Source of the DNA: Eledone cirrhosa
Lineage: Eukaryota
DNA: 64,000 bases
Direction of reading: 5' to 3'
NCBI GenBank assembly: GCA_964016885.1
Contig: OZ024743.1
Coordinates: 68,138,001-68,202,000 of the forward strand
In this document: in pieces, positions 26,968 to 41,829 of the stretch
How positions within the stretch are numbered: the first letter of the stretch is position 1
Layout: every line of letters starts with the position of its first letter
The notes under the pieces: model-generated
Database searches by the model: none
What the model saw: the letters and a program-made list of their open reading frames with translations, nothing else
Told to the model about the DNA's origin: nothing
Translations under genes and position numbers: made by a program

Positions 26968-26973
<6 letters not shown>
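26243..26973. mobile_element. Diverged family-A HHR unit: minus copy 26243-26676 plus inverted, circularly permuted copy 26676-26973
   Basis: 26676-26905 = reverse complement of 26243-26473; 26942-26973 = reverse complement of 26644-26676. Confidence 0.85.
26468..26510 (-). ncRNA. Canonical minimal hammerhead ribozyme
   Basis: AUAUUG CUGAUGA GAUGU-AAUA-ACAUC GAAA C-UA-G UC CAAUAU; all stems perfect, GUC cleavage triplet. Confidence 0.92.
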
Positions 26974-26993
<20 letters not shown>

Positions 26994-26998
<5 letters not shown>

Positions 26999-27940
26999 CA
27001 TAAAACATGTCGTTAGAATCACTAGATATAATATATACCATTTCCTCTCCCAATTAGCATAATTAACCATATTCAAAATCAATTAGACCAAGCTATAAAA
27101 ATAAAGGCTCCTATGAAGAAGCTCCGACAAATAACCGAAAGCAGCCCCTTCGCGGTGGCTACGATGGAGTATTTATCGAACATTTCGACAGCATGTAGAA
27201 ATCGACCAGATATACAGTCAACCAAACACAATTAGTTGTAAAATCAACCTTAGAAGAAATGCGTACATACCAAATTACCTCTACCATGGTTTCATCCGTA
27301 TTTTAAGACATCCGATAACAGGGAATGTCTAGAGCTTCGGATTCATCAGGAGTGAGCTCAAAATTAGACATTTAATTTTCCAAAGTGATCGCGCCAAAAA
27401 TACATTAAATAATGGCTAAGAATCGTGACGTGGCAGTGGTCAAGTTAGAAAGGATGTGATTAGTTGCTTACGGCGGGTAGGCTTATTGCTAGAAAACGCA
27501 GCCCAATATAGCCAAATTGTATCTCAACCTGACGGGAGATTATTACCATTAAAGGTTTACATATATATAAAGTCATAGATATATATGTGTTTTGCAACAG
27601 GTCACGTTGTGGCTCAATGAAGAATTAATAAATTAAATAATCAGAGCTATATATCATAAAACATGTCTTTAGAATCACTAGATATAATATATACCATTTC
27701 CTCTCCCAATTAGCATAATTAACCATATAAAAAATCAATTAGAACAAGCTATAAGAATAAAGGCTCCTATAAAGAAATCTCCGACAAATAACCGAAAGCA
27801 GCCCCTTCGCGGTGGCTTCGCGGTGGCTTCGCGGTGGCTTCGCGGTGGCTACGATTTTACACCTAATTGTGGTTGGTTGACTGTATATCTGGTCGATTTC
27901 TACATGCTGTCGAAATGTTCGATAAACACTCCATCGTAGC
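26994..27940. repeat. ~250-bp local duplication (26994-27245, 27651-27940) with internal micro-inversion and 11-bp tandem
   Basis: Direct sequence comparison. Confidence 0.8.
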
Positions 27941-28098
27941 GTTTTTTTCAAACATTTACCTCAACCTCATTTACATATTCATTTGCATACTCATCTTAAC
28001 AATTTTGATAAATCTGTTTTTAAGTCCACTATTCAGGGAAAATTTCAACCGTTAAGGTATGTTCCTTGGCTATGTCAAAATTTATAAAACACACTTTA

Positions 28099-28160
28099 TA
28101 TTACATCTGATGAAAGCGTACCAAAGTTTTTGGTACCCTTGAAATATATATAATAGAATA
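28099..28160 (+). ncRNA. Hammerhead ribozyme candidate
   Basis: CUGAUGA AAGCGUACCAAA-GUU-UUUGGUACCCUU GAAA UAUAUA UA; stem I has two mismatches. Confidence 0.6.
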
Positions 28161-28302
28161 AATATGGTTTTATAAATATAGTTTCCATTTATTTAATATC
28201 ATTGAATATTATTCTCCAGAAAACTTGTCGAGTGCTCTGAATCAGTTATAAACATTTATATTTGTTGAATTACCAACAAATTTAACATCCCTTCTGCTTA
28301 CT

Positions 28303-28371
<69 letters not shown>

Positions 28372-28589
28372 TATATGTATGTACATATATTTGTATATAT
28401 ATATTTATGTGTGTATATTTGTACGTAAAAGAGTACATATAAAGAGAGAGAGAACGAAATGAGAGGCAGAAAGAAAGAGACACTTTCATTACATCAAAAT
28501 ATTTAAGCCTACATTATTAAATATTTACCTATGTTTCGTCTTTGTAAGTATTTTTTTTCTACATATCACACACATATAAACACATAAAC

Positions 28590-28672
<83 letters not shown>

Positions 28673-28882
28673 CACATGTATACGTGTGTATATATACATA
28701 CATATATGTATATATATATATATATATATACACGCATACATATATCCAAATATATATGCATATATATTATGTATCATATTTTATAATTATATATAAAAAA
28801 ACATCCATACATTTCTACATATATACTTAAATGCATGCATTCTAACGTACATATATATATATGTACACACATACACAGACAT

Positions 28883-28948
<66 letters not shown>

Positions 28949-28955
28949 GCACACA

Positions 28956-29011
<56 letters not shown>

Positions 29012-29161
29012 AATGTGTGTATGTAAGGGCGTGTGTGATGTGTGTCTATATGTATAATGTGTGTATCTGTGTGAGTGTCAGTGTGTGTGTGCCAGCGTGT
29101 GTGTGTTTGACTGTGTGTGTCTGAGTCTATGTATGTGTGTTTATGTGTGTTTGTATAACTC

Positions 29162-29212
<51 letters not shown>

Positions 29213-30542
29213 TATTTTGTGTGCTTCTGTCTGTGTATTTTCGGTGAAAACATAATAAGATATGATTAAATAGATATGTCTGAAATTGTTTTATGATATC
29301 AGATGTGTAGGTAAAGTATGTTAATGGTAAATGACAAAATTCTAACCAGGAAAAAATAGATAGCACAACAAAACACACCAACATCTTTCATAACACTTAT
29401 GTACGCCACATCTATTTATTTATGATTACTTCCCTTAGATTTTCTTTCCTTCCTCCTACCTTGTCTTATTTCATCGTCTTATGGTTACTCTTATCTATAT
29501 TAGTTCTTTCTTCAATTTCTTCTCTTGTGTATCAAATAGAAAATCTGATTATGGAAGAAAACTGCCGTTTAACAATGAAATTACATCGTTATTAGATGAA
29601 TCTCATATGCGCAGACATGTACATGACTGTTAGTGGATGTTATACCTACTTATATACCTAGCTAACTGTATGTAGACATATATGCGGGTGTATATACATA
29701 TATGCGGGTGTATATACATACATGCATACATACATATATACATATATACATACATGCATTCAGGCATACATTCTTATATACACACTTACATACATACATG
29801 CATGTATACGTTCATCTATCCATACATACATCCATCCATACATACATACGTACATACATACATACGTACATAAATAGATATACACATACATACATTCAGG
29901 CATACATTCATATATACACATGTATGTATACGTTCATCTATCCATCCATATATACATACATATATACATGTATACATACATGCAGGCATGCATACATACT
30001 TGTATGCATGCATACCAATATATATGCACACATAACTACCACCTTCCAAATTTACCACCAGCACCACTACCGCTACAACCACCACCACCACCACCACCAC
30101 CACTACTACTACTACCAACACAACAACCACAATCACAAACGCCACCACAAACCCAATCACTACCGCCAACACAACTACCATTACCACCAACCCCAGCATC
30201 GCAGCACATCCGATACCAACACACTCACGATCACTACCATCACCAGTCCCCCCCCCACACACACAACCACCATCACCATCTCCATCCCCACAATCCTATC
30301 ACCTTCACATGACTCATCATTATCTCTCACCCAAGTAGTAATCATTTGTTGTTCACCTGTAGATAGCTGCTATATGTATTAGACTCACAATCTATCTATC
30401 AAGTTCCAATACCATCACCTTAATCTCTCCCCTCCTTCAAGTAGCTCCTTTGTCATCTACGTAAACTTCCCCGCTGAAGTGTAGCTCCCATTACCTTTTA
30501 CTTAATCTCACCTACTCTCTCTCTCCCTCTCTCTATTTTGCA

Positions 30543-33500
30543 ATACCATCAACTTAATCTCACCTTCACCCTCTCAAGTGCTCCCCCATACCATCAATTT
30601 AATCTCACCTTCACCTTCTCCAAGAACGCCATCATACCATCAACTTAATCTCACCTTCACCATCTCCAAGTACTCCCTCATGCCATCAACTTAATCTCAC
30701 CTTCACCCTCTCCAAGTACTCCCACATACCATCAACTTAATGTCACCTTGACCCTCCCCAAGTACTCCCGCATACCATCATCTTAATCTCACCTTCACCT
30801 TCTCCAAGTACTCCCTCATGCCATCAACTTAATCTGACCTTCACCATCTCCAAGTACTCCCACATACCATCAACTTAATGTCACCTTGACCCTCCCCAAG
30901 TACTCCCCCATACCATCATCTTAATCTCACCTTCACCTTCTCCAAGTACTCCCCCATACCGTCAACTTAATCTCACCTTCACCCTCCCCAAGTACTCCCC
31001 CATACCATCAACTTAATGTCACCTTCACCCTCCCCAAGTACTCCCCTTACCATCAACTTAATCTCACCTTCACCCTCCCCAAGTACTCCCCCATACCATC
31101 AACTTAATCTCACCTTCACCCCCCCCACCTCAACTACTCACCCATACCATCAACTTAATCTCACCTTCATCCTCCCCAAGTACTCCCCATACCATCAACT
31201 TAATCTCACCTTCACCCTCCCCAAGTACTCCCCATACCATCAACTTAATCTCACCTTCACCCTCCCCAAGTACTCCCCCATACCATCAACTTAATCTCAC
31301 CTTCACCTTCCCCAAGTACTCCCCCATACCATCAACTTAATCTCACCTTCATCCTCCCCAAGTACTCCCCCATACCATCAACTTAATCTCACCTTCACCT
31401 TCCCCAAGTACTCCCCCATACCATCAACTTAATCTCACCTTCACTCTCCCCAAGTACTCCCCCATACCATCAACTTAATCTCACAATCACCTTCTCCAAG
31501 TACTCCCCCATACCATCAACTTAATCTCACCTTCATCCTCCCCAAGTACTCCCCCATACCATCAACTTAATCTTACCTTCACCCTCTCCACTTACCCCCC
31601 CATACCATCAACTTAATCTCACCTTCACCCTCTCCAAGTACTCCCCATACCATCAACTTAATCTCACCTTCACCCTCTCCAAGTACTCCCCCATACCATC
31701 AACTTAATCTCACCTTCACCCTCTCCAAGTACTCCCCCATACCATCAACTTAATCTCACCTTCATCCTCCCCAAGTACTCCCCCATACCATCAACTTAAT
31801 CTTACCTTCACCCTCTCCACTTACCCCCCCCCCCCATACCATCAACGTAATCTCACCTTCACCCTCCCCAAGTACTCCCCCATACCATCAACTTAATCTC
31901 ACCTTCACCCTCTCCAAGTACTCCCCATTAGCATCAACTTTATCTCACCTTTACCCTCTCCAAGTACTCCCCCATACCATCATCTTAATCTCACCTTCAC
32001 CCTCTCCAAGTACTCCCACATACCATCAACTTAATGTCACCTTGACCCTCCCCAAGTACTCCCCCATACCATCATCTTAATCTCACCTTCACCTTCTCCA
32101 AGTACTCCCTCATGCCATCAACTTAATCTCACCTTCATCCTCTCCAAGTACTCCCACATACCATCAACTTAATGTCACCTTGACCCTCCCCAAGTACTCC
32201 CCCATACCATCATCTTAATCTCACCTTCACCTTCTCCAAGTACTCCCCCATACCGTCAACTTAATCTCACCTTCACCCTCCCCAAGTACTCCCCCATACC
32301 ATCAACTTAATCTCACCTTCACCCCCCCCAAGTACTCCCCATACCATCAACTTAATCTCACCTTCACCCTCCCCAAGTACTCCCCCATACCATCAACTTA
32401 ATCTCACCTTCACCCCCCCCACCTCAACTACTCCCCCATACCATCAACTTAATCTCACCTTCATCCTCCCCAAGTACTCCCCATACCATCAACTTAATCT
32501 CACCTTCACCCTCCCCAAGTACTCCCCATACCATCAACTTAATCTCACCTTCACCCTCCCCAAGTACTCCCCCATACCATCAACTTAATCTCACCTTCAC
32601 CTTCCCCAAGTACTCCCCCATACCATCAACTTAATCTCACCTTCATCCTCCCCAAGTACTCCCCCATACCATCAACTTAATCTCACCTTCACCTTCCCCA
32701 AGTACTCCCCCATACCATCAACTTAATCTCACCTTCACCCTCCCCAAGTACTCCCCCATACCATCAACTTAATCTCACCTTCATCCTCCCCAAGTACTCC
32801 CCCATACCATCAACTTAATCTTACCTTCACCCTCTCCATTTACCCCCCCCCCATACCATCAACTTAATCTCACCTTCACCCTCTCCAAGTACTCCCCCAT
32901 ACCATCAACTTAATCTCACCTTCACCCTCTCCAAGTACTCCCCCATACCATCAACTTAATCTCACCTTCACCCTCTCCAAGTACTCCCCCATACCATCAA
33001 CTTAATCTCACCTTCATCCTCCCCAAGTACTCCCCCATACCATCAACGTAATCTCACCTTCACCCTCCCCAAGTACTCCCCCATACCATCAACTTAATCA
33101 CACCTTCACCCCCCCCCCCCACACCTCAACTACTCCCCCATACCATCAACTTAATCTCACCTTCACCCTCCCCAAGTACTCCCCCATACTATCAACTTAA
33201 TCTCACCTTCACCTTTCCCAAGTACTCCCCCATACCATCAACTTAATCTCACAATCACCTTCTCCAAGTACTCCCCCATACCATCAACTTAATCTCACCT
33301 TCATCCTCCCCAAGTACTCCCCCATACCATCAACTTAATCTCACCTTCACCCTCTCCAATTACCCCCCCCCCATACCATCAACTTAATCTCACCTTCACC
33401 CTCTCCAAGTACTCCCCCATACCATCAATTTAATCTCACCTTCACCCTCTCCAAGTACTCCCCCATACCATCAATTTAATCTCACCTTCACCCTCTCCAA

Positions 33501-33800
33501 GTACTCCCCCATACCATCAACGTAATGTCACCTTCACCCTCCCCAAGTACTCCCCCATACCATCAACTTAATCTCAGCTTCACCCTCTCCAAGTACTCCC
33601 CATTAGCATCAACTTTATCTCACCTTTACCCTCTCCAAGTACTCCCCCATACCATCAACTTAATCTCACCTTCACCCTCTCCAAGTACTCCCCCATACCA
33701 TCAACTTAATCTCACCTTCACCCTCTCCAAGTACGCCCCCTTACCATCAACTTAATCTCACCTTTACCCTCTCCAAGTACGCCCCCATAACATCTACTTA
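30543..33800. repeat. 46-bp tandem satellite, ~70 copies, with degenerate flanks out to ~30390 and ~34110
   Basis: Unit TACCATCAACTTAATCTCACCTTCACCCTCTCCAAGTACTCCCCCA. Confidence 0.95.
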
Positions 33801-34249
33801 CAATCAACCCACCCTTCACCTAGCTCTAATACCATCCTCTTAATCTCACCTATCCCCCATACCATACATCTAACCTCAACTCCCTAACAACTAGCTCCTA
33901 TACTCTCTATTTAAACTCACACACACAGGTCCCATACCATCTGCTTAGCCTCAACTTCTCCTTCTCCAAACTAGTTCCGATGGTATATGTTTAACCACAT
34001 CCCATCACACACATAGCACCAATACCATCCTCTTAATCTCACATAGCTACCATACCATCATCTATTTAACCTCTCCTCTCCTACACATAGTTCCTATACC
34101 ATCCTAGTAATACCCCCACCCCACTCCCTCAGCTTTGTTAGTCCTCTTAGTCATACGCACCATATTACACAAACCCTAATCATTTCCTGTCAGCTACAAA
34201 CTTTCCCTTCACTCAATCCAATATATTTAGCTACATGCGCACCTATCGT

Positions 34250-34307
34250 TTCACCATCATCACAATCATCATCGTCATCATAATCATCACCACCACCATC
34301 ATCATCG

Positions 34308-34346
<39 letters not shown>

Positions 34347-34811
34347 CCATCACTATCATCATCATTGTCGTCAGCATCATCAATAGCATCATCATTATCA
34401 TCACCACCGATACCATCATCATTATCTTACACCTCATCATCATCATCATCATCATCATCATTATCATTATCATCATCATCAATACCACCATCATCATCAT
34501 CATTATCATCATCATCATCTTCTTCATCGTTATCATCCACATCGTCATCGTCGAGGTCGTCGTTATCATCATCATAATCACCACCACCACCACCACCACA
34601 ACCACCAAGACCACCACCACTAACACTACCACCACCACCACCACCACCACCACCACCACAACCACCACCACCACCGCCACCATCTCCACCACCACCATCT
34701 CCACCACCACCACCACCATCACCACCACCACCACCACCATTTCCACAAACCATCACCACCACCACCACCACTATTTCCACCACCACAACCACTACCACCA
34801 CCACCACCACC

Positions 34812-34843
<32 letters not shown>

Positions 34844-34960
34844 CAACACCACCACCATCTCCATCACCACCACCACCACCACCATCTCCACCACCATAAC
34901 CACTACCACCACCACCACTATCACCATCACCATCTCCAGCACCACCACCACCACCACCAT
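34250..34960. repeat. (CAT)n grading into (CAC)n microsatellite
   Basis: Direct reading. Confidence 0.9.
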
Positions 34961-35094
34961 TATATTCCCCTATTTCGTATACACCTTATCCAGCTTGTTA
35001 TCAAACAAAGACCGGTTCCAGGTGGATACACCAACATTTTGTAATAATATATATTGAATTTACTGGCGGGATTTAAAGGAAATGGAATTCTGTT

Positions 35095-36110
35095 AATACA
35101 TCAACAACAATAGCAACATCAACAACAACAACAACAACAACAAAAATAACAGCAACACCAACAACAATAACAGCAACAACAACAACAGCAACGATAGCAA
35201 CAATAACTGCAACAACAACAGGAACAACAACCACCACCACCACTACAACAACAGCAACAACAACAAAAGCAACAACCACTACCACCACAATAACAATAAC
35301 AACAACAACAGCAGCCAGAACGACAGTAAAAACAACAGTAGCAACAACACAACAGCAACAACAACAACCACCACCACCACAACAACAACAATAACAACAA
35401 TAACAACAGCAACAACAACCACGACATTAAGAACAACAACAGTAGCAACACAACAGCAACAACAACAACAACCACCACCACCACAACAATAACAACAACA
35501 ACAACAACAGCAACAACAACCACCGCAGTAATAACAACAACAACAGCAACAACAGTAGCAGCAACAACAACACAGCAACAACAACAACAACAACAACAAT
35601 AACAGCAACAACAACAACCACTACCACCACAACAACAATAACAACAACAACATCAACAACAACAACCACGACATTAAGAACAACAACAGTAGCAACAACA
35701 ACAACACAACAGCAATAACAACAACAACAACAACTACAACAACAAACACGACAACAACAACAGCAACAACAACCACGACGTTAAGAAGAACAACAACACT
35801 AATAACAACAACACAACATCAACAACAACAACAACAACCACCACCACAACAACGATAACAACAACAACAACAACAACCACCACCTCCACAACAACACCAA
35901 CAACCACGACAGTAAGAACAACAACAACAACAACAACACAACAGCAATAACAACAACAACCACCACCACCACAACAACAACAACAACCACGACAGTAAGA
36001 ACAACAACAGTAGCAGCAACAACAACACAATAGCAATAACAACAACAACAACCACCACCACCACAACAATAATAACAACAACAACAGCAACACGTAAAAC
36101 AATAATGACA
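35095..36110. repeat. Degenerate (CAA)n microsatellite
   Basis: Direct reading; abuts a SINE tail. Confidence 0.9.
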
Positions 36111-36301
36111 ATAATTGTTTCTACTTTTTGGCACAAGGTCAGCAATAATAGTACATTACTGGTACTTTATTTTATCGACCCAGTAAGGATAAAAGGCAAA
36201 GTTAACCTCGGTGGGATTTGAACTCACACCATAAAGGGACGTAACTCTATGCTTCAAAGCATGGTGTCCGACTCTCTACCGATACTGCCAATCCACCGCC
36301 C
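36110..36301 (-). mobile_element. Meta-like SINE
   Basis: Full-length reverse complement of the 23-kb SINE. Confidence 0.8.
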
Positions 36302-36780
36302 TAATAATGATAATAATGATTTCATTTATTAGCCATAAGGGCCGACATGTAGGGGATATATGTAGGGGATAATACGAAGACAGGGACAGTGGGCGGTTTC
36401 CAATAAGGTCGAGTAAAAGTGTACAATGGCAAGACTATTTTAACAATGAAGATATAAAAATAGAAAATAAACTATGCATAAATATAACAAAATAAATTCC
36501 CCGATAGGGGGTGGACGACGCTGGGGTGACTCAGGTATCCCACCAATCCTGAACCAACCTGCGCTTCTAGGGCACCCAGGAGCGCAGCCCTCTCCTCAAG
36601 TTAGCTAGCCTATAGGCGCATGTCAGAGTAGACCCATTCACACGAGCCATTCTCGCCACATTCATCCACCTTTTAGTAAATGTACTGGGGGGAGGGGGCA
36701 GCACTTCTCTCGCCCCCCTCACCTTCCTTTCCAGGTGAAACTTGAAGAAGTTGATGAGGGATTGGCCGAAGAGAAAAAAT
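36302..36780 (-). mobile_element. L1/Tx1-clade LINE 3' fragment
   Basis: LINFFKFHLERKVRGAREVL..FTKRWMNVARM resembles a Tx1 ORF2 C-terminus; AATAAA and an ATT/ATC tail follow. Confidence 0.5.
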
Positions 36781-36914
36781 GCCAATAATGACAACAACAC
36801 TAACAACAATAACAATTAGGGGACACAACAACAATAAAAATACAGGAATTACAACAGCAACATCGTACAACAACCTGTGGTTGCCGTTGGTTTTAGTCAA
36901 TATCCTGTAGTGTT

Positions 36915-37285
36915 TATTGTTGTTGTTAGTGTCGTTGTTGTTGTTGTTGTTTTGTTGTGATAGTTGTTGTTGATGCTGTTGTTGTTGTGGTTGTTGTTGC
37001 TGTTGTTGTTATCGTTGTTGTTATTGTTCCTAGAGGTTTGTGTTGATGTTTATGTGGCTGTTGCTGGAATTCCTGCAATGTTGTTAACACTGCACCGTTA
37101 CGGCTGCTACTGCTATTTAACTACAACTACTACAACTACGGCTACTACTCCTACAACTACTACTACAACTACTGTTGCTGCTGCTGCTACTACTACTACT
37201 ACTAACACTACTATTACTACTACTACAACTACTGATGTTGATGCTGCTGCTACTACTAATACTACTACTGCTGCTGCTGCTGCTG

Positions 37286-37326
<41 letters not shown>

Positions 37327-37347
37327 GTTGCTGCTCTGCTGCTGCTT

Positions 37348-37396
<49 letters not shown>

Positions 37397-37421
37397 ACCT
37401 GCTGCCGCTACTACTACTACG

Positions 37422-37452
<31 letters not shown>

Positions 37453-37482
37453 TTACTACTGCTGCTGCTGTTGCTGCTGCTG

Positions 37483-37529
<47 letters not shown>

Positions 37530-37760
37530 GCTGCTGCTGCTATTGCTGCTGTTGTTACTGTTGCTGTTATCTAATTTAAGCACATGTTCAGCAAATTAAT
37601 TGGGGTGGTGAGTCGATAATATCGATCCCGATGTTTGATTGATTCATATATTTATTGTCCTCGGGAGAATGAACGACGAAGTTGAACTCGGCGGGATTTG
37701 AACTCAGATCGTAAACAGGCGGAACACTTACTTGCTAAAGATGTGTGGGAATAATGAAAC

Positions 37761-37795
<35 letters not shown>

Positions 37796-37871
37796 CAGTA
37801 GTAGTAGTAGCAGCAGCATCAGTTGTTGTAGTAATAGTAGTAGTAGTAGTAGTAGTAGTAGCAGCAGTATC

Positions 37872-37918
<47 letters not shown>

Positions 37919-37985
37919 TAGTAGCAGTAGCAGCAGCAGCAGTAGTAGTAGTAGTAGTAGTAGTAGTAGAAGCAGCAGCAGCAAC

Positions 37986-38025
<40 letters not shown>

Positions 38026-38050
38026 CTAGTAGTAGTAGTAGTAGTATTGT
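36915..38050. repeat. (GTT)n, (CTA/CTG)n and (TAG)n microsatellites around a SINE relic (37560-37750)
   Basis: Direct reading. Confidence 0.85.
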
Positions 38051-38139
38051 AATAATTGTTTCTACACTCCACAGAAGCAAATATAAATCATGATATTGAT
38101 ATTCTAGATAACAATAACAATAAAAATAACTTCAACGAC

Positions 38140-39040
38140 CAGCCCCGTAAGAATGAATGGCAAGGCTGACCTCGCCGGGATTTGAACACAGATGGTAAGC
38201 GGGCGTAACTATATGTGTGTGACAACTCACACCTATGCAGGTTTAGCTGGCCTACTCCAAGGTATATCTCGTTGGAGGTGTCTTGGGTAATTTAATGATA
38301 GGGACCCCAGTCCTATCATCTCATTTCTACAGCTGAGTAAACTGAAGCAACTTAAAATAAAGGGTCTTGCTCAAGGAAACAACACATCACCCGGTCCGAG
38401 AATTGAACTCACAACCTTTCGATTGCAAACCCAATGCTTTAACCACTAAGACATGCGCCCTCACATGCGTATCTATATGCTGTAAAGCATATTTTCCGAC
38501 GCTCTACCGATACTGCCAAACTAACTCCCTCGTAGATTCTGAAATAGGCACAACGCCAACAATTTAGGGAGCGAGGTTAACCGATTAAATCGATTAGTGT
38601 GTGACTGGTACTTTATTTTATCCACCCTTATAAGTGAGAAATTCAAAACAACCTCAGTCTGATTTAATCTCGGAAATATAAAAGGATGTAACCATGCTGC
38701 GAATCAGGCTGTCCGACGCCTTACCGGTACAGCCAATCATAATGATAAAAATAATAATTGTTTCTACTTTTGGCACAAGGCCAGCAATTAACCACTGAAT
38801 TACTGGTACTTTATTTTCATCGACAACGTAAGGATGAAAGGCAAAGTTAACCTCGGAAGGATTTGAACTCAGACCATAAAGGGATGTAAGTATGCTGGAA
38901 AGCATGGCGTCTCACCCTCTACCGATACTGCCAATTCACCGCAATAATAATTGTTTCTACTTTAGGCACAAGGCCAGCAATTAACCAGTGCATTACTGGT
39001 ACTTTATTTTATCGACCCCGTAAAGATGAAAGGCAAAGCA
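38140..39040 (-). mobile_element. Cluster of minus-strand SINEs (CORE-type 38335-38465; Meta-like 38750-38943, 38945-39040 and fragments)
   Basis: Matches to both SINE consensuses. Confidence 0.75.
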
Positions 39041-39554
39041 AACAATAAAGATGATACAAATAATTTTGAGAGAAAAAGGACAATTAACAATTTATCAGTC
39101 CGCCATATTGATTCTGTTTCTTCATCTTTCCTCACTTCGTTTTCTGTATAGTTTTTAGTTACTTTGTTTCATATATATATATATATATATATACAAATAT
39201 ATATTCATATGTATATATATATATATATGTGTCTGTGTGTGTGTGCGTGTGTGAGTGTGTTTGTATTATATATTATATATATATTTATATATGTGTATAT
39301 ATATATGTATATAAATATCTATCTACATATATATGTAAATATACACACACATGTACACACTTACACGCACGCACATACACACACACGCACACACACACAC
39401 ACATATATATATATGTTTATGCATATTCATCTGTGTGTGTGTATGTCTTTATATAGGTATTGGCTGTTTGTGTTTGTGTGTGTACTTTTAGTTATTTCCC
39501 CGAAACCAATTTTCCAGTTATGATAATATTGATACCAGTTAGGAACAACTACTG

Positions 39555-39642
<88 letters not shown>

Positions 39643-40127
39643 CGATGAGAGTAACGATAAACGTTGTAATAATAATAGTAAAAATGCTAATAATAATATA
39701 AATAATATAAGGACAACGCCAACAACAGTAATAAGACCAAAACCAACAACAGCGATATCAACAGCAACAACACCCTCAGTGACTGCAGATAACTGCACAC
39801 TACGCCAAATATTTCGTTTCGCTATGATAAAGATCGCCCTGTATTTTAGCTGTCTTTACCATCTTTAATCTACGCCTTTTCCTTTCTATTATCTCATCTC
39901 GGAGAAATTCTCTGGAAACTCATATCTCTGTCATCATTTCGTCTTCAGGCCAAAGTTGCCACCAAAGTTGTAGATATACGTACACGCATACATAGGCATA
40001 CATAGACATACATAGTCACTCAAACACATTTACTCACGCTGGGTTTCAACTCACAAGGATAAATATACATGAATTCACATACACGTATACATATGAACAC
40101 AATCATACACACACGCATACGTATGCT

Positions 40128-40177
<50 letters not shown>

Positions 40178-40202
40178 CACACACAAGTATATATATATAC
40201 AG

Positions 40203-40326
<124 letters not shown>

Positions 40327-40351
40327 GCATATATATATATATACATACATG

Positions 40352-40399
<48 letters not shown>

Positions 40400-40429
40400 C
40401 ATATATATGAGTATGTGTGTGACTATATG

Positions 40430-40476
<47 letters not shown>

Positions 40477-40874
40477 TCATCTTCCTTGTAGTCGATATAA
40501 AGAGTAATGACGATATATGCTGTTATTATTCAATGCCATTTAATATTCTTTTATTTTCTCCGTGAACATTTTTCTAGGAAATTATTATGAATTTCTCCTG
40601 TTATTATATTAATGTGTTTTCAATTTATTCTTACACCTTTATCAAAGGAAGTACACCCGGAATTCATATTTCATCTTCTCAATTTTGGTTTCGTATATTT
40701 TAAAAGTAAAACGGTGGATCATCCGGAAATATTTTGTTATACTAACAGTGTTTTTACTCTCGACGTTGATTGTTTAATTAAGTAATCCTTCTGTATACAA
40801 CATTTACATCAGTATTGCACTGTGAGATAAATGTGACTGCCATCTTTGGCTGAATCTGAACAATATTTGTTACA

Positions 40875-41092
40875 ATCGACAGACTTTCGTCAAATCGGAT
40901 CTAGAAAACAATGCTTCCATCGCTCTTTCCAATTGCTAATATTATCTATCGGTCGCAACTCCAGGTAGAAGGAGCAACGTGAAATAAAGTGTCTTGCTCA
41001 AGGAATTAACGCACCACCCGGTCCGGTAATCGAACTCACAACCTCACGATTGCGAATCCAATTATCTAACCACTCAGCCACGCGCCTTCACA
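40875..41092 (-). mobile_element. CORE-type tRNA SINE
   Basis: Reverse complement of 53487-53700. Confidence 0.8.
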
Positions 41093-41226
41093 ATATACAT
41101 ATGCATAAAATACTAATTTTCTCTTGGTCGGAAAATAGTGTAAATTTCCCTTCCGAATACAGGAATAAATCCATTTTTCCCTATCCATACACAATTATAA
41201 TCAGTAGGATTATTAAGCCTTATATG

Positions 41227-41272
<46 letters not shown>

Positions 41273-41280
41273 TATCTATC

Positions 41281-41667
41281 TAAGGCGGGTAAAATTCCCG
41301 AGATCCATGGACGAGTTCTCTCCAGCGGTCTCTGTCCCTCATTATAGCTGCCATGTCCTGCATCTCCAACAGACCAGTGTCTGTCCTTAGCGCATCAACA
41401 TACGTTAACCTTGGTCTTCATCTTCTAGTGTGCCCATGTAGGGGCTCCCAAAGTAGCACTGAGTGCAATGTCAACTCTGGATGTCGGTGAGTATGTCCAG
41501 CTAACCTCAGTCTCGTCTGTGTCACTTTTGAGCTGACTTTTGGGATGCTCCCATACAGCTCTGAGTTTTTAATCCTCAGTGTATACTGATTAATGTTCAG
41601 AGCCATCCTCAGCATTCTCGTGTAGCACCCATCCACCATCTGAGTGAATTTATTGGTCAGTGTCCAT
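41281..41667 (-). mobile_element. 5'-truncated RTE LINE, same family as 60961-61690
   Basis: [30 protein letters not shown]..; high nucleotide identity to the 61-kb copy. Confidence 0.9.
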
Positions 41668-41694
41668 ATATATACACACACACACTCACTCAGA

Positions 41695-41750
<56 letters not shown>

Positions 41751-41761
41751 AACACACACAT

Positions 41762-41813
<52 letters not shown>

Positions 41814-41829
41814 GTGTGTGTGTGTGTGT

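Noticed and set aside
30543-33800. CRISPR-like array
   Set aside because: Contiguous tandem units with no unique spacers; eukaryotic context.
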